64,000 nucleotides of DNA from IMG/VR virus record IMGVR_UViG_3300025598_000024, positions 32,001-96,000 of that record, one strand, 5' to 3'. The notes under the pieces were generated by a model, which was not told where the DNA came from, did no database searches, and was given only the letters and a program-made list of their open reading frames with translations. Positions within the stretch are counted from its first letter, which is position 1. Every line of letters begins with the position of its first letter. Source of the stretch: a virus. Shown in pieces: positions 18,558 through 24,783 of the stretch. Both the position numbers and the translations under genes were made by a program.

Positions 18558-18974
18558 TTAGTCGCAGCAGCTGTCCCGCCAGCCACATCCACCACACTTG
18601 TAGTGAGCATGCTCTGGCTTGAGGTCTGAACCACACTGTGGACAGTCCATGAAAACTGCGAGGGGGTTATGCTGCTGCTTGTCCCACTCTACACTACCAC
18701 AGCACCCATCGCAACCGTGCACGCTGGTCTCTTTGAGCTCTGTGATCCTGTACTCATCTGGATCAGGATGACCAATACCATGAGTGCAGATGCGTTCCAT
18801 GATACCACGGTCAGTTCTCCAGTGCTGTGGAAAAGACCGCATGGAATGATCAGACATGTTGTGAATGGTGCACTGTTGCCCATTGCACTGATCGCTGTCA
18901 TGAACCATCAAGTAGACATCAGAGTTTTCTAACTGAACACGTTCCATACTAATCCTTTTTACTGCAGTGGACAT
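18558..18974 (-). CDS. His/Cys-rich protein with C-terminal Zn ribbon
   Basis: CTIHN.SDH.MR.F..ERICTHGIGHPDPD..HGCDGCC plus CPQC..HYKC..C...DSCC; true start may be MERVQ. Confidence 0.65.
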   Translation of the reverse strand: MSTAVKRISMERVQLENSDVYLMVHDSDQCNGQQCTIHNMSDHSMRSFPQHWRTDRGIMERICTHGIGHPDPDEYRITELKETSVHGCDGCCGSVEWDKQQHNPLAVFMDCPQCGSDLKPEHAHYKCGGCGWRDSCCD

Positions 18975-19034
18975 TGAGGGACTCGAACCCCCGACCCTCT
19001 GGATGTAAGCCAGATGCTCTAACCAACTGAGCTA
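18966..19034. repeat. 69-bp perfect direct repeat, copy 1
   Basis: Identical to 20544..20612. Confidence 0.95.
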
Positions 19035-19041
19035 CCAAGGC
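18968..19041 (-). pseudogene. chimeric tRNA-Val(TAC) with unpaired acceptor stem
   Basis: Identical to the 20546 tRNA except the 5' acceptor strand GCCTTGG, which cannot pair with AATGTCC. Confidence 0.8.
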
Positions 19042-19051
19042 CTATAGTTCT

Positions 19052-19080
19052 AGTATAGTGGTTACCTTGTTCGAGTGCAA
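19052..19080 (-). promoter_or_regulatory. SigA-type promoter upstream of chimeric tRNA-Val
   Basis: TTGCAC-17 nt-TATACT. Confidence 0.75.
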
Positions 19081-19083
19081 CTC

Positions 19084-19143
19084 TTAGCAAGAGTAGAGAT
19101 TGACCACTATGCCATTGACCTTAAGGATTTCCACGGCCTTGTT
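19084..19143 (-). pseudogene. 3' remnant of a homolog of 22040..22279
   Basis: NKAVEILKVNGIVVNLYSC* vs YEAIEILRQNGISDNIYDT. Confidence 0.55.
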
Positions 19144-19154
19144 TGATGAAGCCG

Positions 19155-20423
19155 TTAAATCGACAGAATGCCACCTTGCCTCGGGCCATCCTTGATTGCG
19201 ATCAAGTTGGCGTTCACGTAGCTTATGTCGTGTTCACGGTGCCAATCATTCGGGAAGAACGTAATCAGGCGACTTACCTGGAATCGGCACGTGATCTGGG
19301 GCACGAAGTTGGCGTAGTTGCGATCCGTGAAGTACCAAAAGCTGTTCTCGTTGTAGAACGCTACGTGGGTGGGGTCTTGGAATGCACCACGACCGTCCGT
19401 GCTGGGAGTCAAGGAGAGCAGGATGCCACCGTGTGCGAGCACTCGGTAAAGCTCGTTGAACAACGTCACCTTGTCGGGAATGTGCTCGAGGAAGTCACGA
19501 GCTCGAATGACGCCGACCGAGTTATCAGGCAGCGGGATGCCCTTCGTCACATCAGCCACGATGTCGACACCCGGCCGCTCGTACTGATCCACACCGACGT
19601 ACTGGGGGTGCTTGTTGTGGGCCGCACCGAGGTCGAGGGCGAGCAGGCCCTCACGCTTCGCCCACGCCAGCGCATTGCCTTCGACGTAGGAGTCATACAG
19701 GGCAACCGTGTCGGTTTGGATCGCCTGGTTGATCGTGGGGTCAGACTGGGTATTCCTCGAGTGGACCCGCTGGAGGTAGAGGCACTGGTCGATGAGGTGG
19801 AACGCCGTGTGCTGGAACAGCCGGCACATCAGGTCTTGGTCGTCAAGCACCGTCAGCTCAGGGTTGTACCCACCAGCTGCGTCGTAGGTGGTCTTGCGAA
19901 AGGCTCGGAGGTGGTTCGGTGCGTACCAGATGTAACTAACGTTTTGTGGATACGGCAACATTGAGTTGCACTGCAACACTGATTGGCCGTTCACCTCGAC
20001 TTCGGTGTACTCCCAACCGTGGGCCGGGTTGAAACGCTGATCGTTTCGTGAACCATCTTCATTAATCTGTGCACATTGGCTATAGACGAAACCAACCGAT
20101 GGGTTGGCATCAAAAGCAGCGACCACTTCAGCCAAGGCTTCTTGAGCCAACAAGTCATCGTGGTCGAGTTCCAACAAGAACTCACCACGAGTTTGCTCGC
20201 AGGCATAACGCTTTGCTGCTCCAACACCATGCAGATCGTTGTTCTGCAACACTCGAACCCGAGGATCAGCAACCGGCGGACGCCAGTTGGCTCCATTGTT
20301 CATCACAACAACCCACTCCCAATCGGAGAAGGTCTGAGCTACGAGGCTGTCAAAACATTCATTCAGGAACGTTGGACGGTGGCTCGGCGTGAAGACGCTG
20401 ATGCGCGGTTCGGTGGGGCTCAC
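19155..20423 (-). CDS. GT2 glycosyltransferase fused to class I SAM methyltransferase-like domain
   Basis: ISVFTPS, ELDHDD, DDQDL; LDLGA, DFLEHI, AFQDPTH. Visibly GC-richer than flanks. Confidence 0.85.
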   Translation of the reverse strand: MSPTEPRISVFTPSHRPTFLNECFDSLVAQTFSDWEWVVVMNNGANWRPPVADPRVRVLQNNDLHGVGAAKRYACEQTRGEFLLELDHDDLLAQEALAEVVAAFDANPSVGFVYSQCAQINEDGSRNDQRFNPAHGWEYTEVEVNGQSVLQCNSMLPYPQNVSYIWYAPNHLRAFRKTTYDAAGGYNPELTVLDDQDLMCRLFQHTAFHLIDQCLYLQRVHSRNTQSDPTINQAIQTDTVALYDSYVEGNALAWAKREGLLALDLGAAHNKHPQYVGVDQYERPGVDIVADVTKGIPLPDNSVGVIRARDFLEHIPDKVTLFNELYRVLAHGGILLSLTPSTDGRGAFQDPTHVAFYNENSFWYFTDRNYANFVPQITCRFQVSRLITFFPNDWHREHDISYVNANLIAIKDGPRQGGILSI

Positions 20424-20524
20424 TTCTTCGGACGCAGAATGGCCGGCTTAATCCAGTCCCACTCTCCTTTGGCATTCTTGACCTGGAGAGTTGCTCCTAT
20501 ACTGACGCTGAGTTTAATTTCCAT
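20420..20524 (-). pseudogene. truncated paralog of 17768..18070 (34 aa)
   Basis: MEIKLSVSIGATLQVKNAKGEWDWIKP|AILRPKK*; its TGA overlaps the GTG of the GT gene. Confidence 0.8.
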
Positions 20525-20543
20525 GTTTTCCTTTCTTACTTGG

Positions 20544-20612
20544 AGTGGACATTGAGGGACTCGAACCCCCGACCCTCTGGATGTAAGCCAGATGCTCTAA
20601 CCAACTGAGCTA
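20544..20612. repeat. 69-bp perfect direct repeat, copy 2
   Basis: Identical to 18966..19034. Confidence 0.95.
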
Positions 20613-20619
20613 AATGTCC
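20546..20619 (-). tRNA. tRNA-Val(TAC)
   Basis: GGACATT/AATGTCC acceptor, TCTGG-CTTACAT-CCAGA. Confidence 0.92.
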
Positions 20620-20628
20620 TAAAAATTG

Positions 20629-20787
20629 CTACTCTTCAGGTGGAGAAAAGAGATACAATTCTTCTGTGTCATAAGCCTGTAAATCATCTGGGAATGATGA
20701 AAACTCTACTACTGCTTTACCATCAGAAGTAAAGCCAATAATCTTTCCAATTTCGATTGCTACGTAATCACCAGCTTTTAATGTCAT
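20629..20787 (-). CDS. small hypothetical protein (52 aa)
   Basis: Manual: MTLKAGDYVAIEIGKIIGF... Confidence 0.5.
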   Translation of the reverse strand: MTLKAGDYVAIEIGKIIGFTSDGKAVVEFSSFPDDLQAYDTEELYLFSPPEE

Positions 20788-20802
20788 TTGTTTGCCTTTC
20801 TT

Positions 20803-21027
20803 TTAGTTGACGTACGTGATCTTACCACGTTCTGCATCAGTGTCAAACTCTAGTGGGATCTCTGTGAGCAGGTCCCAGATCTGCACTGCATCGCATGGCC
20901 ATGAGATATTGTACACGCCGTTTGGCCCTGCGCAACCACGGCACAGGCTAACGCTAGTGCCAGCGCCTTGTGCCTGGATCATTGGTGAGTGCTTCATTAC
21001 CAGTTCGTATGGTGCATAGTTGTTCAT
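20803..21027 (-). CDS. hypothetical protein (H..CxxC..WPC)
   Basis: ATGA-coupled to thyX. Confidence 0.55.
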   Translation of the reverse strand: MNNYAPYELVMKHSPMIQAQGAGTSVSLCRGCAGPNGVYNISWPCDAVQIWDLLTEIPLEFDTDAERGKITYVN

Positions 21028-21701
21028 GGTGCGACCCTACCATTCTCGTTCCATGCCTCGTATGTTACCGGCATGGCTTGTTTAAAAAACTCTTCGACAG
21101 CACGAGCATAGTCCTGAATCTCCTGTTGTGCATGCCGCTCTGCTCTAAGGCTCAAGAACGCCATCAATGACCTGGCGTTCACTGTCCAGATCCATTCAGT
21201 GTATGCGTTCACTGGCAGTACAATGCGTGCCAGCTCTGGTGCTACCCCACATGCTAGCAGAGTTTTGTAGCCCTGGAATGCACTGCTTGACGCTGAGTCA
21301 ATCAGCCCTGCGATAGCAGGTTCATTCATGACTTCGTACTCGTAGGCTCCTGGCTTGCCAACACGCTTGCGGATGTGATCACGGTCAGGAACATAGTAGC
21401 CCATGTCGATCTCGGTGTAACGACCGCTCACCTCATTGAATGAGTTGCCAATACGATGACGGATCCATTCCCTGGCCACAAAGATTGGCAGGCGAACACA
21501 GAACTTGAAGTAGGTGTGTTCGAATGGTGAACCATGCCGGTTACGCATAAGGTAACCGATCAGTTTGTCATCGCCAGGTTCCATCTGTTCATGGCTGGTA
21601 TGGAAAGACACGCGTGCAGCGTTAACCACGTCCAGGTCACTGGCACTGCTGTCTAACAGTGTGACGAACCCATCGTTATGTACTTTGATTGTATTTTCCA
21701 T
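21024..21701 (-). CDS. thyX: flavin-dependent thymidylate synthase
   Basis: NAARVS, HGSPFEH, REWIRHR..SFNEVSGRY, NARSL..FL.LR, AQ.EI. Confidence 0.95.
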   Translation of the reverse strand: MENTIKVHNDGFVTLLDSSASDLDVVNAARVSFHTSHEQMEPGDDKLIGYLMRNRHGSPFEHTYFKFCVRLPIFVAREWIRHRIGNSFNEVSGRYTEIDMGYYVPDRDHIRKRVGKPGAYEYEVMNEPAIAGLIDSASSSAFQGYKTLLACGVAPELARIVLPVNAYTEWIWTVNARSLMAFLSLRAERHAQQEIQDYARAVEEFFKQAMPVTYEAWNENGRVAP

Positions 21702-21777
21702 GGAGCCGAGAGTGGGATTCGAACCCACGACATCTTTATTACAAGTAAAGCACTCTGACCAACTGAGCTATCTCGGC
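21701..21777 (-). tRNA. tRNA-Thr(TGT), encoded CCA
   Basis: GCCGAGA/TCTCGGC, CTTTA-CTTGTAA-TAAAG. Confidence 0.93.
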
Positions 21778-21782
21778 GGGTG

Positions 21783-21855
21783 TACCCCTGGCACGAATCG
21801 AACGCGCAACCTAGTGGGTAGAAACCACTTGCTCTATCCATTGAGCTACAGGGGC
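21783..21855 (-). tRNA. tRNA-Arg(TCT)
   Basis: GCCCCTG/CAGGGGT, AGTGG-TTTCTAC-CCACT. Confidence 0.88.
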
Positions 21856-21860
21856 ATATT

Positions 21861-22037
21861 CTAGTGGGTGATGTCATGCTCCTTGTCGAACTGCTTGTGA
21901 ATCTTCTGCCAGATCCGTTTACGACCCAGGTAGTAACCCAGTGTGAACACAATGATCTCTTCTATCACACTCACAATGCTTTCCGCAATCAGATGATTGG
22001 GATCGGTGAGAATGCTCCACCAGGTCTCGTGATGCAT
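21861..22037 (-). CDS. small membrane protein (58 aa)
   Basis: Manual: MHHETWWSILTDPNHLIAE..IIVFTLGYYLGRKR.. Confidence 0.55.
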   Translation of the reverse strand: MHHETWWSILTDPNHLIAESIVSVIEEIIVFTLGYYLGRKRIWQKIHKQFDKEHDITH

Positions 22038-22039
22038 GG

Positions 22040-22279
22040 CTAACTCCCTGTGTCGTAGATGTTATCGCTGATCCCGTTCTGCCGCAAGATCTCGATTGCC
22101 TCATAGTAGTACGGGTTGCTCATCACACTAGCAGCCGGTGCTGCTGTCTTCAACACACTCTTCACCCACATCTTGTTAGCGTCATAGTTTACGAATGCAT
22201 CGATCAGCTTGGGCTGTACCGGTACCTTGGCCAGTTCCAGGATGATCCTTGCTGCCCATCGTATATCTTTAGTTGTCAT
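22040..22279 (-). CDS. hypothetical protein
   Basis: GGAGG RBS. Confidence 0.6.
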   Translation of the reverse strand: MTTKDIRWAARIILELAKVPVQPKLIDAFVNYDANKMWVKSVLKTAAPAASVMSNPYYYEAIEILRQNGISDNIYDTGS

Positions 22280-22290
22280 TGTTACCTCCG

Positions 22291-22333
22291 TACCCTGAGG
22301 GGGACTTGAACCCCCACCCCATGGAGTATACCA
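22291..22333 (-). pseudogene. 3' half of a split Leu-type tRNA
   Basis: TGG (end of anticodon stem), variable arm, GGGGG-TTCAAGT-CCCCC, TCAGGGT-A; pairs with GCCCTGA at 22961. Confidence 0.85.
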
Positions 22334-22783
22334 TTATTTTTTCTTGTGTGCTGCTGTTTTCAATGCATGGCAGTTAGGGCACAAAATTTGTAAGTTCTCC
22401 AAAGAATTATCAAAATGATCACTGTTGATATGGTCTAGCTCTAGCGGTGCTGGTTGCCCCAACCATTCTGTTATCCCACAGACCTCACAAATGGCTTCTT
22501 TAATACCCTCCTTGATAAGTTTTAACCTTAACTTCCCAGAATGGATTGGCTGCCTATTAGATAGGTACTCTTCGATATCAACTTTATTCCTGGCTGGTCT
22601 TCCTTTTGTAAAGCTTTTGCCAACAAAATGTGAGTAATCAATACCTGCTTTTACAGCCCTATTTTTTAAATGGGTTTGTGACCCAGTCATTGGTTTTACG
22701 CCTATTTTTCTGCATGTATCAGCCCATGTAGTAGATGAAGCCACTGCATCAGCCAACTGTTGATCTGTATATCTATGTTTCAT
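22334..22783 (-). CDS. HNH homing endonuclease
   Basis: CEVCG..W.GQ..PLELDHIN.D..DN.LENLQILCPNCH; AT-rich. Confidence 0.9.
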   Translation of the reverse strand: MKHRYTDQQLADAVASSTTWADTCRKIGVKPMTGSQTHLKNRAVKAGIDYSHFVGKSFTKGRPARNKVDIEEYLSNRQPIHSGKLRLKLIKEGIKEAICEVCGITEWLGQPAPLELDHINSDHFDNSLENLQILCPNCHALKTAAHKKK

Positions 22784-22837
22784 GTATACTATAACACCAC
22801 GTATACACTTTTACATTGTTTACATTGTTTTATATTG

Positions 22838-22921
22838 TGCCCCCGGTCAGACTCGAACTGACAAGACCTTACGGTCATTACCTCCTAAGGGTAACGTGTT
22901 TACCTATTTCACCACGGGGGC
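22838..22921 (-). tRNA. tRNA-Leu(TAG), nested inside the split tRNA
   Basis: GCCCCCG/CGGGGGC, TTACC-CTTAGGA-GGTAA, long variable arm. Confidence 0.9.
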
Positions 22922-22926
22922 ATATC

Positions 22927-22961
22927 AAACCTGGCGCGTCTGCCTATTCCGCCATCAGGGC
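22927..22961 (-). pseudogene. 5' half of split Leu-type tRNA
   Basis: GCCCTGA-TG-GCGGAATAGGCAGACGC-G-CCAGG-TTT, then break. Confidence 0.85.
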
Positions 22962-22965
22962 TCTG

Positions 22966-23039
22966 TGCCCCAGGTGGGATTCGAACCCACACTACAAGGA
23001 TTTTAAGTCCTCCTCCTCTGCCTGTTGGGATACTAGGGC
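22966..23039 (-). tRNA. tRNA-Leu(TAA), short variable arm (actinobacterial type)
   Basis: GCCCTAG/CTGGGGC, GAGGA-CTTAAAA-TCCTT. Confidence 0.9.
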
Positions 23040-23044
23040 TTCTG

Positions 23045-23126
23045 TGGGCCAGGTAGGATTCGAACCTACGTAGCTTTACGCGGCGGTTTTACAGACCGCT
23101 TCCTTTGGCCGCTCGGACACTGACCC
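23045..23126 (-). tRNA. tRNA-Tyr(GTA)
   Basis: GGGTCAG/CTGGCCC, GCGGT-CTGTAAA-ACCGC. Confidence 0.93.
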
Positions 23127-23137
23127 ATTCTACTGCG

Positions 23138-23211
23138 TCGGAATGACAGGATTCGAACCTGCGACATCTGCGTCCCAAACGCAGCGCTCTACCAAGCTGA
23201 GCTACATTCCG
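23138..23211 (-). tRNA. tRNA-Pro(TGG)
   Basis: CGGAATG/CATTCCG, CTGCG-TTTGGGA-CGCAG. Confidence 0.93.
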
Positions 23212-23221
23212 TATACTGTTG

Positions 23222-23292
23222 TCCTCCTGGAGGGTACCGCCCCCTCTTTTCAGGATTAAAAGTCCCGTACATCACTTTAATGTTTCAGGAGG
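23222..23292 (-). tRNA. non-canonical tRNA-Lys(TTT)
   Basis: CCTCCTG/CAGGAGG; ACAT/ATGT D-stem; CGGGA-CTTTTAA-TCCTG; GAGGG-GGCGGTA-CCCTC (T-loop lacks TTC). Confidence 0.75.
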
Positions 23293-23770
23293 TTAAATAT
23301 TCTTCTATTGATTCTTTCTTTTTTTCATACCATCCTAGTCTGATGTTGCAACTATAGCACAGTAACCCTCTAACGCTACCAGTTTTGTGATCGTGATCAA
23401 CACAAAAGTTTTTACCAGTAGAGCACCTATCGATCTTGCATATTCCACAGCGATGGTTTTGACCCTCTAGCATACTGTAGTAATCAGCAATAGTCAAACC
23501 AAATTTTCTAGTAGCAGATTTTATATTAAAACAATTTCTACAATATGCATTTTTATTGTTATCACCTTTGTAGGCACCACAGTATAAACATGGTTTTGGT
23601 GATGGTACATAACTGGAGTACCTAACTGAATGCTGTGCTCTAGCTGCGCAGCTTTGAGAACAGTATAATCCTATATTCTTTTTTACTTGATAGGCATATC
23701 TTTTATATACATTGCTACAGTCAGTTCTACTGCATATTACTTGCTCTGATGTTCTAGTAGTCATAGTCAC
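23285..23770 (-). CDS. Endonuclease VII-family homing endonuclease
   Basis: KFGLT..DY..ML..Q..RCGIC...FCVDHDHKTG.VRGLLC..CN..LG. Confidence 0.9.
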   Translation of the reverse strand: MTMTTRTSEQVICSRTDCSNVYKRYAYQVKKNIGLYCSQSCAARAQHSVRYSSYVPSPKPCLYCGAYKGDNNKNAYCRNCFNIKSATRKFGLTIADYYSMLEGQNHRCGICKIDRCSTGKNFCVDHDHKTGSVRGLLCYSCNIRLGWYEKKKESIEEYLTS

Positions 23771-23810
23771 TCTCCTGTGGCTACTAGTGCAAGTACAAGT
23801 ATGAATTAAA

Positions 23811-23837
23811 TCACTCTACCAACTGAGTTACAGGGGC
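23811..23837 (-). pseudogene. 5' tRNA fragment (acceptor strand + D-arm)
   Basis: GCCCCTG-TA-ACTC-AGTTGGTA-GAGT-G, then non-tRNA sequence. Confidence 0.75.
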
Positions 23838-24154
23838 ATGTAATCGTACTCCCAATCATCCATGCTACCCAACCTTACCAGATGCATGCAAGGATCGTCA
23901 CCTCTATCCCAGGCCTGCTCTTCAGTGGGATGCACAGGGTACCCATCGTGTGTGTTGCAGAACTGCTCACTACAGTAGCCGTTCTCCACGCCATAGTTCA
24001 ACCACTGCTCAAAGTCCATCCTGGCATCTCGCTGCTCTTGACAGGTGCAGTACCAGTCAAAGTGAATACGGAATGCCTGTCGCCTGCAGTTCAGGCAGTG
24101 CTTGACGCCTTCGCTGTCTGTGTCTACTTCAGTCTTGTGTACCATTTCTACCAA
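23828..24154 (-). CDS. Cys/His-rich hypothetical protein
   Basis: F.QWL.YG..NGYCS..FC.THDG.P...DPC.H.VRL; stop lies in the tRNA fragment. Confidence 0.65.
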   Translation of the reverse strand: MVEMVHKTEVDTDSEGVKHCLNCRRQAFRIHFDWYCTCQEQRDARMDFEQWLNYGVENGYCSEQFCNTHDGYPVHPTEEQAWDRGDDPCMHLVRLGSMDDWEYDYMPL

Positions 24155-24783
24155 CGCCCCGGTTCATAATAGTTAAAAAGAACTGCGATATCATCACAGT
24201 ATATCACGTTCTCTTTGGTTTGATAAGCAATAACCTCATCTATAAATATACCATCACCCGATGGGTGAAGCGGTACCCTGAACTGTTTGAGAATCTTTCC
24301 AGTCAGAAAGATCTGTTCAATACTAACATGATCTCTCCTGGCCGACTCAGGGGTTGCGTTAAGACGTGTCGGAGGGTGAGCGCTCTCTGGTGCATGACCT
24401 TCAGGCAGCCTGTACCCTCTTTCCATTGCTGTGATAATAACGTCAGATGCTTTACCCTGTGACTTGACAAGATTTATTCTGTCTGCTAGGTCTTTGAAAA
24501 ACGTAGGGTCGTATGCATCATCATCATTTAAAAAGCACCAGTACTCATCGTCTTTAACATGATTAGCAATAAACCAATTTAATGACGTGTTGCTACGCGC
24601 CCAAAATTCTGTTGCATCATTGGGGCAACGATACGATATAATCCAGTCCTCATCGAACTGAAGACCAAATCCAAGATCATCATCAACTATTACGTGCCAG
24701 ATAACGTCATGCATACTGAGCATATGTTTTAGAAGAGGTATGTTTTTGAACCTCATCATTGGCGTTACAACATTAAAACGCAT
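24148..24783 (-). CDS. GT2-like glycosyltransferase
   Basis: FNVVTP.MR..N, W.VIVD, YWCFLNDDD, DG.FI. Confidence 0.75.
   Translation of the reverse strand: MRFNVVTPMMRFKNIPLLKHMLSMHDVIWHVIVDDDLGFGLQFDEDWIISYRCPNDATEFWARSNTSLNWFIANHVKDDEYWCFLNDDDAYDPTFFKDLADRINLVKSQGKASDVIITAMERGYRLPEGHAPESAHPPTRLNATPESARRDHVSIEQIFLTGKILKQFRVPLHPSGDGIFIDEVIAYQTKENVIYCDDIAVLFNYYEPGRW

Noticed and set aside
18966-20612. Integrase-driven island or IS element
   Set aside because: No integrase or transposase in the cassette or window.
22334-22926. Self-splicing group I intron or trans-spliced tRNA
   Set aside because: The insert is fully accounted for by a tRNA, a short AT-rich spacer and the HNH ORF, leaving no room for a ribozyme core. 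Joining the halves leaves the anticodon arm about 6 nt short.
22922-22961. Split tRNA read as Ser(TGA)
   Set aside because: TT-TGA is present, but the D-arm and discriminator A are Leu-type; GA probably belongs to the insert. The true anticodon cannot be determined.
23771-23837. Complete degenerate tRNA-Met(CAT)
   Set aside because: No paired anticodon or T stems; CAGGAGA is better explained as the nuclease RBS.
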